Shown: piece after piece, positions 9,222 to 17,700 of the stretch
Layout of the letters: each line of letters opens with the position of its first letter
Numbering within the stretch: the first letter of the stretch is position 1
Origin: Alphaproteobacteria bacterium
GTDB lineage: Bacteria > Pseudomonadota > Alphaproteobacteria > Micavibrionales > Micavibrionaceae
Assembly: GCA_016763095.1 (NCBI GenBank)
Contig: JAESUK010000093.1
Span: 1 to 34,049, forward strand
Reading direction: 5' to 3'
DNA: 34,049 bases
Notes under the pieces: model-generated
Database searches by the model: none
What the model was told of the DNA's origin: nothing
Seen by the model: only the letters and a program-made list of their open reading frames with translations
Made by a program: the position numbers and the translations under genes

Positions 9222-9863
9222 ATGCATATCGAAATTACAGATACAAATGATGCTATTCATCTCAATGATTCAAGCATACTTGCTGTCATTTACAATGATG
9301 CTTCATTTGTTGATGCTGCGTCATACTTTCTCGATAAAAGTGAAGACATTGATTATCCTCAAACTGTCTCGTTCTTAAGTCAGTATCGCTATAAGTCACA
9401 ATTTATGCCTCGTGGTGTATCGCGCCTGAATGTTGATTTCTTTGAACATGCAAAGAACATGGAAGTGAAAGCGCGCGAGATTTATAAGACATTAGACAGT
9501 AGAGCACCGATGATGAGTATTCCGTTTAATCCTGTGGGGAAGGTAGACCGTGCTAAAGGTATGCATGTTGATACAGGATTTAAGTATAGGGTCGTGGGGA
9601 ATGCTTTGGGTGATAAATCAACTGAGTTTGTTAAGGGACGACTTTCAAGGACACAATATGATATTTTACACGGTCTGCCGTTTGGTGAGCAAGATGACTA
9701 TTTGAACGCGTTAGGGGTAGATGTTGGGATGATTAAAGCGGGGCAGATCATTGCTTTTAAGGGGAGCCGAGGGCTTTCAGATACGTGGAGTGAGAACCTA
9801 CAAATTCATCGCGCGGCAACTTTGAACGAAAATGAAACTAGGTTTGGGTTGTTGTTTGGTTAG
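9222..9863 (+). CDS. Hypothetical protein, possibly a divergent Fe(II)/2-oxoglutarate dioxygenase-like fold
   Basis: 213-aa ORF with a strong SD. 'GMHVDTG' (H-x-D) followed ~75 aa later by 'GQIIAFKG...LQIHRAATLNENETRFGLLF' (distal His, then Arg 11 residues later) resembles the PhyH/2OG-oxygenase facial triad pattern. The coding call is reasonable, but the functional call is weak. Confidence 0.55.
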   Translation: MHIEITDTNDAIHLNDSSILAVIYNDASFVDAASYFLDKSEDIDYPQTVSFLSQYRYKSQFMPRGVSRLNVDFFEHAKNMEVKAREIYKTLDSRAPMMSIPFNPVGKVDRAKGMHVDTGFKYRVVGNALGDKSTEFVKGRLSRTQYDILHGLPFGEQDDYLNALGVDVGMIKAGQIIAFKGSRGLSDTWSENLQIHRAATLNENETRFGLLFG

Positions 9864-10099
9864 TGGTGCTCTTGTATCCATTGTTGCTGATCCTTTGTAG
9901 GTTTTCCTGAAAAATGTAAACAAACAACGTGCCCAGAAGAACAGTTTTGATCTGGCGTAATGCTTTCTATTGTTGTTCCTTTATCTTTTTTAGTAGCCAT
10001 TCGTAAGAACTCATCCGTAATTTGTTGGCGAAAGGTGTTGAATTCTTCATTGTTGTGAACGTCAAAATCTACTGTCAGTCTTAATAACTTTTTTCCCAT
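9860..10099 (-). CDS. Hypothetical small protein (79 aa)
   Basis: Only an ORF with plausible composition. It converges on the previous gene with a 4-nt stop-codon overlap. I recognised no motif. Confidence 0.45.
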   Translation of the reverse strand: MGKKLLRLTVDFDVHNNEEFNTFRQQITDEFLRMATKKDKGTTIESITPDQNCSSGHVVCLHFSGKPTKDQQQWIQEHH

Positions 10100-10291
10100 G
10101 TTGGTATCTCAGCTTTCTTTTGTACGCTTTATGAAAATAAATATATATGTCTTATGTCTATGAGGTCAAGAGGGCGTGTTTGATATACACAGAAGAGGGG
10201 TAAGAATTGTTATTTATTCTAAAAATTATGTTTATCATGGGGGCTATACACACTATATATAAGTTCACAGCTATAAATACGGGGAAGAGCT

Positions 10292-10852
10292 ATGTTCACA
10301 TCATTACCAAACTTAATGACGATTGCACGGATCGTGATGATTCCTTTTATTATATGGCTTCTATATTTGCCTGATGCATGGGCAGTGTGGTGTGCTGTTG
10401 GTTTGTATACTTTAGCCGCTGTAACCGATTTTTTGGATGGTTATTTTGCGCGAAAAATGGATGAAATATCTGATTTTGGACGTTTCTTAGATCCCATTGC
10501 AGATAAAGTCTTGGTTGGGAGCTTATTGGTTGTTTTGGCAGCCGTTGATCGTTTGGATGGTGTGTGGATTGTGCCTGCGGTTGTGATTATGGTGCGCGAA
10601 TTCCTTGTGTCTGGTCTTCGTGAATTTCTTGGTCCGAAGAATGTAACGGTGCATGTCACACAATTAGCAAAATGGAAAACAACTGTACAGATGGTTGCTT
10701 TGGGCTTTCTAATTGTTGGTAATGCTGGTGATGTTGTCTTGCCACACACGTTATTAATTGGGCAAGTTGGACTTTTAGTCGCAGCGGTGATGACTGCTAT
10801 TACTGGCTGGAATTATATGAAAGTTGGTTACAAGCACATGGGGGGTAGATAG
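10292..10852 (+). CDS. pgsA: CDP-diacylglycerol--glycerol-3-phosphate 3-phosphatidyltransferase
   Basis: CDP-alcohol phosphatidyltransferase motif 'DFLDGYFARKMDEISDFGRFLDPIADK' and multiple TM helices. The ~186-aa size is typical of PgsA. Confidence 0.9.
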   Translation: MFTSLPNLMTIARIVMIPFIIWLLYLPDAWAVWCAVGLYTLAAVTDFLDGYFARKMDEISDFGRFLDPIADKVLVGSLLVVLAAVDRLDGVWIVPAVVIMVREFLVSGLREFLGPKNVTVHVTQLAKWKTTVQMVALGFLIVGNAGDVVLPHTLLIGQVGLLVAAVMTAITGWNYMKVGYKHMGGR

Positions 10853-11950
10853 ATGTACGGATTGATAAAACCATTCGTGTTTCAGTTAAAACCTGAGACG
10901 GCACATAAACTTACGATCAAAGTATTAAAGATGGGCGTTATACCAAAAAAGAACGCTATGAAGGACAGTAGATTAGAAAGTAATTTGATGGGGGTTTCTT
11001 TTCCTAACCCGATTGGTTTGGCGGCGGGATTTGATAAAAATGCGGAGGCGATTTCTGGAATTATAGGAATGGGGTTTGGTTTTGTTGAGGTTGGAACTGT
11101 GACCCCGAAAGCTCAGGTAGGTAATCCTACACCACGTGTATTTAGGCATGTTGCAACAAAATCTGTGATTAACCGTATGGGGTTTCCTAATGAAGGTGTT
11201 GCCGTATTTAAAGAGAATATTCAAAAGTTTAGAGGCAAAAGTTCTTCTGTAAATGTACCAGTAGGCTTGAATATTGGTATGAATAAAGATCAAATAGAGC
11301 CAGAAAAAGATTACCGATTACTTATTCAAGAGGTTGGTCAATATGCGGATTATTTGACGGTGAATGTATCTTCTCCTAATACGCCAGGTTTGCGTAACCT
11401 TCAAAATCCAGAGTTTTTAGAACCGTTTTTAACGGCGCTTATGGAAGAGAAGGGGGCACTGGAAAATAACCCACCTCTCCTTGTTAAACTGGCACCAGAC
11501 CTAGATGATGGACAGATTAAGGCCATTGCTAAAGTTCTTTTACGTGTGAAAATTGATGGGGTGATCCTAACAAATACAACACTGGATCGCCCTGATGTGT
11601 TGCCCGATGCTTTTGCCAATGAAAAAGGGGGCTTGAGTGGTGCGCTTGTAAAAGACAAGTCCACGATGGTGATTTCTAAGTTCTATAAAGAGACCAATGG
11701 CACTATTCCTATCGTTGGAATTGGTGGTGTATCAAGTGTTGAGGATGTGATTGAAAAGATGCGTGCAGGGGCGTCTTTGGTGCAAATATATACAGGTCTT
11801 ATTTACCATGGACCCGATCTCCCTCGTGCACTATGTAAAAAAATTGTGGAATTTTTGGAACAAAACGGGTATAACAATATTTCAGAACTCGTGGGAGAGG
11901 ATCACAAGAAAAACAATGAACAAGATGGAACAAATAGCTCAGCAGCATAA
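10853..11950 (+). CDS. pyrD: Dihydroorotate dehydrogenase (quinone), class 2
   Basis: 'FPNPIGLAAGFDKNAE', 'GFGFVEVGTVTPKAQVGNPTPRVFR', 'INRMGFPNEG', 'NVSSPNTPGLRNLQ' and 'IVGIGGVSS...GASLVQIYTGLIYHGP' are PyrD class 2 signatures. The start abuts the pgsA stop. Confidence 0.95.
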   Translation: MYGLIKPFVFQLKPETAHKLTIKVLKMGVIPKKNAMKDSRLESNLMGVSFPNPIGLAAGFDKNAEAISGIIGMGFGFVEVGTVTPKAQVGNPTPRVFRHVATKSVINRMGFPNEGVAVFKENIQKFRGKSSSVNVPVGLNIGMNKDQIEPEKDYRLLIQEVGQYADYLTVNVSSPNTPGLRNLQNPEFLEPFLTALMEEKGALENNPPLLVKLAPDLDDGQIKAIAKVLLRVKIDGVILTNTTLDRPDVLPDAFANEKGGLSGALVKDKSTMVISKFYKETNGTIPIVGIGGVSSVEDVIEKMRAGASLVQIYTGLIYHGPDLPRALCKKIVEFLEQNGYNNISELVGEDHKKNNEQDGTNSSAA

Positions 11951-13136
11951 TCGTTATCGGCTCTATATCGTTGGGACGCTGTATCTTTGTGTGTGTTTTG
12001 TGACGCTTGGTTTCGTCGCGGGTATGTGGGGTGCGCCACTTATGACTGTGTCTGCATTTACTATGCTTGTTGCTGGGGGTGTTTGGTTTGAATCTCACCG
12101 TAGACGTTCTTCTATTAAGAAGGTGTCGAGAAGTGTTTCTGTTGTCTCTGATACGCAAGATGAAATGATCAGTGATATTCAACAAATGAGAAAATATGTT
12201 GATGTAACAAATACAGCGCCTATGGCTAAATCATCTAAGGCCAAGCTTTCCTCGACGAAAGTAAGAACTGAAGTTTCCAACGCAAGCGATTCTAAGGATT
12301 CAAGAAACAAAGCCTCTACATCAAACAAACCCGTTGAGCGTAAGGTGATCGTCGATACTCCTTCACATTACAGTGAAGCGGTTACAGAGGAACTTATTCA
12401 TACTGCGATCGAGCGTTCATCTGTTGAAGTATATCTACAGCCTGTTGTTGCGTTGCCACAACGCCGTATTGTTATGATGGAAGTTTTTGCACGTTTGCGT
12501 GCAGGCAATGGACAAACACTGTCTGCAAACCAGTATATGGACATTGCGAAGAGTAGAAATTTACAAATACGTCTTGATAATTTGCTATTAAAGCAAGGTT
12601 TGGCTGTGATTAAGAAAGATGTTCGACGAAGCATTAATCGGTCTTATATGCTTAATATTGAAGAGAATACATTAAGGGATGCCTCTTTTATGGCGGATCT
12701 TCTTGGGTTTTTGAAAAGTAATACACGTTTGTCCTCTCGCTTGGTCTTTGAAATTAAGCAATCGTCTCTTGTTTCGATGGAGAAAAATAGCCTTCAGGTG
12801 TTAAAAGCTCTGGCTAAATTGGGCTGTGTGATCTCTATGGATCAGGTTGAGAATCCACATATTGACCGTGATTTTATGCGCGAAATTGGTGTTGGATATA
12901 TCAAGGTTTCTGGAGATCGTTTGAAAGATTTTTCGGCAACTGATGAGGGCATCTCTATCATGAAGCGTATTAAAGCTAACCTCGCAGCTGACAATGTCGC
13001 CATTATTGCTGATAAAATTGAAGATGAAAAAACACTATGTGAGCTTTTGGACCTTGAAATAGATTACGGTCAAGGGTATTTATTTGGGAAACCAGATCGC
13101 GAGAGTGTATATGACCGTTCAAGAAAAACAGCTTAA
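11916..13136 (+). CDS. Membrane-anchored EAL-domain protein with a degenerate catalytic motif set
   Basis: I place the start at the ATG at 11916 or 11925, because the longer ORF from 11751 only overlaps pyrD. Two TM helices ('LYIVGTLYLCVCFVTLGFVAGMW', 'VSAFTMLVAGGVWF') are followed by a Ser/Lys-rich linker. The EAL domain follows: 'VYLQPVVALPQRRIVMMEVFARLR ... MLNIEE ... VFEIKQ ... ISMDQVEN ... IKVS ... IADKIED ... GQGYLFGKP'. Confidence 0.8.
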   Translation: MNKMEQIAQQHNRYRLYIVGTLYLCVCFVTLGFVAGMWGAPLMTVSAFTMLVAGGVWFESHRRRSSIKKVSRSVSVVSDTQDEMISDIQQMRKYVDVTNTAPMAKSSKAKLSSTKVRTEVSNASDSKDSRNKASTSNKPVERKVIVDTPSHYSEAVTEELIHTAIERSSVEVYLQPVVALPQRRIVMMEVFARLRAGNGQTLSANQYMDIAKSRNLQIRLDNLLLKQGLAVIKKDVRRSINRSYMLNIEENTLRDASFMADLLGFLKSNTRLSSRLVFEIKQSSLVSMEKNSLQVLKALAKLGCVISMDQVENPHIDRDFMREIGVGYIKVSGDRLKDFSATDEGISIMKRIKANLAADNVAIIADKIEDEKTLCELLDLEIDYGQGYLFGKPDRESVYDRSRKTA

Positions 13137-13143
13137 AAATCCC

Positions 13144-13962
13144 ATGACAATTCCTTTTATTTCCGGTGTTTCAGAAATTGCTGATTCTTATGATGCCTTT
13201 ATCATTGATATATGGGGTGTGGTGCATAATGGCGTGAACTTAAATGTCGGTGCCAAGGACTGCTTAGAACAGATGGCACATGCTGGGAAAGATGTTGTTT
13301 TCTTATCCAATACGCCGCTTCGTAGTATTGAGTTGGAGCGAGATTTAATTGGGATGGGCTTGGGCGCATCTTATTGTGAAAACAAAATTATGACAGCGGG
13401 TGAATCTACTTGGGGTGACTTACACCGTTGGAAAGATGGTAAAGTTTTTTTAATGGGACACCGTTATGAAGGTCTTATCGATGGTTTGACGTTGGTTGAT
13501 AATGTCGCAGAAGCGGATTGTCTTTTGGCAACCATTGGTGGTAGTTATAGAGATGGTGATGCACCGTTTTACGAATCAATGGAGCAAGCATTGCCTTTGA
13601 AGATTCCTTTTATTTGTGCAAATCCAGATTTAGAAGTTCAAATTGGTGATGAAATTGCACTATGTGCTGGACATTACGCGCTATGGTATGAAGAGCGTGG
13701 TGGAGAAGTACACTGGCATGGAAAGCCGTATCAACCTGTTTATGACCGTGCGTTGGATATCCTTGGAAATATTGATAAGTCACGTATCTGTGCGATCGGT
13801 GATTCTTTAAGAACAGATATGACTGGGGCGAAGAACTTTGGCATTGATGGTCTTTGGAATTTAGACGGTATTAACCGTGATCTAAATTCAGAGAAAGCTC
13901 AAACGTTACTTGCGGAGAAGGGGCTGTCGCCTGCTGCTATGATTAAAGGATTCTCTTGGTAG
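13144..13962 (+). CDS. HAD superfamily (subfamily IIA-like) hydrolase
   Basis: 'YDAFIIDIWGVVHNG' (motif I, D-x-W-G variant), 'VVFLSNTP' (motif II) and 'ICAIGDSLRTDMTGAKNFGIDGLW' (motifs III/IV). The ATG at 13144 is chosen to avoid overlap with the EAL gene, and 13111 or 13084 are alternatives. Confidence 0.75.
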   Translation: MTIPFISGVSEIADSYDAFIIDIWGVVHNGVNLNVGAKDCLEQMAHAGKDVVFLSNTPLRSIELERDLIGMGLGASYCENKIMTAGESTWGDLHRWKDGKVFLMGHRYEGLIDGLTLVDNVAEADCLLATIGGSYRDGDAPFYESMEQALPLKIPFICANPDLEVQIGDEIALCAGHYALWYEERGGEVHWHGKPYQPVYDRALDILGNIDKSRICAIGDSLRTDMTGAKNFGIDGLWNLDGINRDLNSEKAQTLLAEKGLSPAAMIKGFSW

Positions 13963-13965
13963 TTA

Positions 13966-14460
13966 TTAATCATGGTTCTTTAAGATGCGATGTTTCTGGC
14001 GATCCCAATCACGTTTTTTAATTGTTTCACGCTTGTCTCTCTGTTGTTTTCCTTTGGCAAGAGCGAGCTCTACTTTTGCGAGCCCCTTTTTATTGAAATA
14101 TATTTTTGTTGGTATGAGGGTATACCCTCCGCGTGATATCTCTCCAATAAGCTTTGCTATCTCTCTTTTTTTAAGGAGAAGAAGACGGGGGCGACGTGTT
14201 TCGTGTTGGGCTTTTGGTCCTGCTTTTTGGTACTCTGGAATATAAGCATTAAAGAGGTATATCTTTCCTTCTTTAACACCTGCGTGGGAGTCTGTCAGAT
14301 TGCATTGTCCCATGCGTAGGGATTTTACTTCTGTTCCAACAAGCATAATGCCTGCTTCAATGTTACCTTCGAGGTGAAAATCAAATTTGGCACGACGATT
14401 GTCACTGACTGTTTTGTCCGTGCTGATCATGCCTGTCTTTTTATTTTCTTTCTTTGCCAT
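13966..14460 (-). CDS. smpB: SsrA-binding protein SmpB
   Basis: 'NRRAKFDFHLEGNIEAGIMLVGTEVKSLR', 'YIPEYQ', 'HETRRPRLLLLKKREI' and 'GYTLIPTKIYFNKKGLAKVELALAKGKQQRDKRETIKKRDWDR' form a full-length SmpB signature. Confidence 0.96.
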   Translation of the reverse strand: MAKKENKKTGMISTDKTVSDNRRAKFDFHLEGNIEAGIMLVGTEVKSLRMGQCNLTDSHAGVKEGKIYLFNAYIPEYQKAGPKAQHETRRPRLLLLKKREIAKLIGEISRGGYTLIPTKIYFNKKGLAKVELALAKGKQQRDKRETIKKRDWDRQKHRILKNHD

Positions 14461-14502
14461 GCCCTCTTTTAAAATACATCGCGCATAAAGTCACACAAAT
14501 TC

Positions 14503-14530
14503 TTGACCCATTAAGTGATGTCTCTATGAT
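14503..14530 (+). promoter_or_regulatory. Sigma70-like promoter (TTGACC-N16-TATGAT) positioned for a leaderless transcript
   Basis: -35 TTGACC at 14503-14508, a 16-nt spacer and -10 TATGAT at 14525-14530. The ATG at 14537 lies 7 nt after the -10, and no SD-like purine tract lies in between. Confidence 0.35.
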
Positions 14531-14536
14531 CCTCGT

Positions 14537-16510
14537 ATGCGGAATTTTGTTCTTTCTCTGATCGTTATGTTTTGTACGTCGCTTTATACGGTGGGGGTTT
14601 CGTATGCGGCGGTGGGCATATTACCACCTCTGCCACATCAGGTAACGCTGATCAAAGGACTACAGGTTATTGAACAGGGGCAGTGGAGCTTGGGAGAGAA
14701 TTTTATCTCGAAAGCATCTGGTGGGCTTGCTGGGCAAACGTTTTACTGGCTGAAATATAGCTCGGACAGCCAAGCTAAGAATGTGAAATGGTACAGAATA
14801 TCGCGCTATGTGCGGGCTCATAAAAATTGGCCAGGTCTTCGGGACATGCAAAAAAATGCAGAGCGGGCTATGCCTTCTGATTTGTCGCATAAAGAAGTGG
14901 TGAAGTGGTTCGCTGCTTTTTCTCCTGTTACACCAGATGGAATGATGCGTTATCTAGATTCTATGTTGGCTTTGGGGCAGGGCGATGCGTTTAAATCTCA
15001 ATTGTCGAAATATTGGACACAGAGTTTGTTCGGGGATGCGGCACAAGGAAAGTTTTTAACAAAGTATGGGAAGTATATTTCTCGCTCTACACACAGCAGG
15101 CGCTTAACCTTCTTGCTTGGGCGTCGTTATTACGATACAGCGCTTCACCTTGCCTCTCATATGGGGCGTGGAGAGCGGGCATTGGTTGTGGCAACAAAAG
15201 CACTCTCAAAGTCTAAGAAGAATGTGTCTGCGCTTATTCAGAATGTTCCTTCATCTTTAAAAAATCATCCTGCGTTAATATATGAGCGTATGAAGTGGCG
15301 TCGTAAGAAGAATATGAATGCAGGGGCAATAGAGCTGTTAAATAAAACTCCCGCCATGACAAAAGAGATGAAGGCGTATGATTGGTGGAAAGAACGCCAT
15401 ATTATTGTGCGGAGGTTGATGGAGGAGAAGCGTTATAGTGAGGCATATCGTCTTGCCTCGCATCATAAGCAAAAAGAAGGTCTGGGTATTTCGGAAGCTG
15501 AGTTCATGTCTGGATGGTTGGCGCTTCGTTTTGTTAATAAGCCTCATCAAGCACTCCAACATTTTCAAACGCTTTACCGTAATGTGAAAACACCGATTAG
15601 TAAGGGACGTGGTGCGTATTGGGCAGGACGTGCATCAGAAGCCGTTGGGGATAGCGAAAAGGCGATGTTGTGGTATAAGGCGGCAGCGTATAGAGAAACA
15701 ACCTATTATGGACAGCGTGCAGAAGAAACACTTACAAAAATGTCTGGTGGGGCGGCAATCGTGAAATCTTATCCGTTGATTAGCGTGTCTGATGAGGCAT
15801 GGAGTAAGTGGGTGTATGATGATCGTGTGACGGTGATGCGTTTACTTTACAAGGCTGGTTTGCAAGATCGTGCGTTGCAATTTTTATCAAAGATGCTCAA
15901 TGGGGAAAGCAATCAAGCGGTTGATTTTATGGCGTTGGCCAAAATTTCACGGTTGATGGGTTTTCATATGGGGGAAGTTAAGGTTGCAAAAAAGGCGGCA
16001 TATCGCGCGATTATTTTGGTTGATGACCGCAAGAAGATTTATGGCTATCCGCTTTTAAAAGTGAATAATACAGAGCCGAATATAGGTCTTCCAGAAATTC
16101 ACGCCATTGTGCGTCAAGAAAGTGAATTTAACCCTCAGGCTAAAAGTCATGCAGGTGCGCGCGGATATATGCAGTTGATGCCTGCAACAGCAAAGCAGGT
16201 CGCTAAAAAGTTAAAAGTGAAACATAGAACAAGTTGGCTAACGTTGCGCCCTGAGCATAATATTCGCTTGGGAAGCTCTTACCTTAATTCTTTGATGTCA
16301 CAATATAAGGGTAATCTTGCATTGTCAGCTGCGGCATATAATGCGGGACCTCACCGTGTGAAACAGTGGATGGCGTTGTCAGGTGATCCTCGTGCGCCCA
16401 ACGTGGATATGATTGACTGGATAGAACTTATTCCGTTCTCTGAAACACGCAACTATGCGCAACGCGTCGTTGAGGCGGCGTATATATATCGATTACGCCT
16501 CGCAAATTGA
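14537..16510 (+). CDS. slt: Soluble lytic murein transglycosylase (Slt70-like)
   Basis: Signal peptide 'MRNFVLSLIVMFCTSLYTVGVSYAA', a long helical-repeat N-domain and a C-terminal SLT domain. The SLT domain reads 'IHAIVRQESEFNPQAKSHAGARGYMQLMPATA ... AAYNAGPHRV' and contains the catalytic Glu in the 'ES' motif. Confidence 0.88.
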   Translation: MRNFVLSLIVMFCTSLYTVGVSYAAVGILPPLPHQVTLIKGLQVIEQGQWSLGENFISKASGGLAGQTFYWLKYSSDSQAKNVKWYRISRYVRAHKNWPGLRDMQKNAERAMPSDLSHKEVVKWFAAFSPVTPDGMMRYLDSMLALGQGDAFKSQLSKYWTQSLFGDAAQGKFLTKYGKYISRSTHSRRLTFLLGRRYYDTALHLASHMGRGERALVVATKALSKSKKNVSALIQNVPSSLKNHPALIYERMKWRRKKNMNAGAIELLNKTPAMTKEMKAYDWWKERHIIVRRLMEEKRYSEAYRLASHHKQKEGLGISEAEFMSGWLALRFVNKPHQALQHFQTLYRNVKTPISKGRGAYWAGRASEAVGDSEKAMLWYKAAAYRETTYYGQRAEETLTKMSGGAAIVKSYPLISVSDEAWSKWVYDDRVTVMRLLYKAGLQDRALQFLSKMLNGESNQAVDFMALAKISRLMGFHMGEVKVAKKAAYRAIILVDDRKKIYGYPLLKVNNTEPNIGLPEIHAIVRQESEFNPQAKSHAGARGYMQLMPATAKQVAKKLKVKHRTSWLTLRPEHNIRLGSSYLNSLMSQYKGNLALSAAAYNAGPHRVKQWMALSGDPRAPNVDMIDWIELIPFSETRNYAQRVVEAAYIYRLRLAN

Positions 16511-16671
16511 TTTGCAAAATAGTAATTTGTTATCTGCTCTGTACTGAGCGTTATCTATTATTTTATATTTATTATTAGTCATTTAGCGTATGTAGCATTG
16601 CTATCGTATGATGTTTATACTTTGGTCTATGTCTTGCTTATACTTAAGGGAAAGATAATAGGACGGAATAA

Positions 16672-17439
16672 ATGAATTTACTCATAGCTGATGATCACAC
16701 CCTATTTCGGGATGCTATACATTATTACATTCAACGTGAACGACCAGACATCAACGTCACTGCTGTGGCGGATGTTTATGAGGCAGAAGCTTATTTGAAT
16801 GAGCAGGTCCTTTCGGGGAGTGGAAAAAACAATGTAGATATTATTCTTCTCGATTTGTTGATGCCAGGTATGAATGGTATGCAAGGATTGAGGAGAATTA
16901 AGCTGGAGTATCCTGATATTCCTCTTCTTTTGATGTCTGGTATGGCTTCTGAAGACGATGTGAAAAATGCTATTTCTTTAGGGTGTGCTGGGTATTTCCC
17001 AAAAACATTGGCCTGCGATCTCCTTTTAAAAGGATTAGATCTTGTGATTAAGGGAGAAAAATATATTCCCGTTGATGCAGATACAGGGCGTATTTTAAGT
17101 TCAAAAAAATCAGAAAATTGGATGTCAAATAGTTATGGGGGAGTCTTGAGTGAGACTGCAAATGATATTCATGACCGATGGGTGCAATTTCGGGAGAGTT
17201 CGTTGCAAGAGAAGCACCGTGTTATTGATGAGCAAAGAGAGCATGAAGATGTGAAGTTTACCAAAAGGGAAAAGGACGTTCTTAGCTATTTAGTTAAAGG
17301 TGAAAGAAACAAAGATATTGCAGATGCCCTTGGGGTAAAAACGGTGACAATTAAGCTTCACGTTCGAAGTATTTGTCGGAAGTTCGGTGTTAAAAATAGA
17401 ACGCAGGCGGCGTTACGAGCAAGAGAAGTTAATATATAG
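16672..17439 (+). CDS. Response regulator, NarL/FixJ (LuxR HTH) family, with an unusually long inter-domain linker
   Basis: REC domain: 'LLIADDH', acceptor 'IILLDLLMPGMNG', 'LLMSG' and 'FPKT'. C-terminal LuxR HTH: 'FTKREKDVLSYLVKGERNKDIADALGVKTVTIKLHVRSICRKFGVKNRTQAA'. About 70 aa separate the two domains. Confidence 0.88.
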   Translation: MNLLIADDHTLFRDAIHYYIQRERPDINVTAVADVYEAEAYLNEQVLSGSGKNNVDIILLDLLMPGMNGMQGLRRIKLEYPDIPLLLMSGMASEDDVKNAISLGCAGYFPKTLACDLLLKGLDLVIKGEKYIPVDADTGRILSSKKSENWMSNSYGGVLSETANDIHDRWVQFRESSLQEKHRVIDEQREHEDVKFTKREKDVLSYLVKGERNKDIADALGVKTVTIKLHVRSICRKFGVKNRTQAALRAREVNI

Positions 17440-17448
17440 GAGGGGTTG

Positions 17449-17673
17449 ATGTCGGGTTGTCCTACAGAGCAAGAGAAAAATATCCATGATTGCTATAATA
17501 CGATTGCAGCGATGACGTGCTATGCAGGGTTTTTAATGGAAGATTTACCGCCGAGTTCTGAGATGTATAAATTTTCCAAACGTATATATACATCTGCAAA
17601 ACGAGCGAAGCTTCTGCTTGATGAAATTACGCAAGAGAAGATGGTTGAAGATGCCACAAAAAAGGTTGTTTGA
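17449..17673 (+). CDS. Stand-alone DHp/H-box-like small protein (74 aa)
   Basis: Strong SD AGGAGGGG at 17439-17446 overlaps the regulator's stop, with ATG at 17449. 'IHDCYNTIAAMTCYAGFLMEDLPPSS...SAKRAKLLLDEI' parallels the 'AHDFNNLLTAI.GY.ELL...A.RAA.L..QLL' DHp helix pair of CckA-type histidine kinases. No ATPase domain follows, since cca starts 27 nt later. Confidence 0.5.
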   Translation: MSGCPTEQEKNIHDCYNTIAAMTCYAGFLMEDLPPSSEMYKFSKRIYTSAKRAKLLLDEITQEKMVEDATKKVV

Positions 17674-17700
17674 TCCTGCTGTTCTTCATACAGTTGTTTT

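Noticed and set aside
11751-11915. N-terminal extension of the EAL ORF back to 11751
   Set aside because: The extension lies entirely inside the 3' end of pyrD in another frame and has no SD. The ATG at 11916 or 11925, directly before the first TM helix, is the sensible start.
13963-14536. tmRNA (ssrA) or a tRNA gene adjacent to smpB
   Set aside because: The flanks of smpB are a 3-nt gap and a 76-nt promoter region. No tRNA-like T-arm (GGTTCGAnnCC) or acceptor structure appears there or anywhere else in the window.
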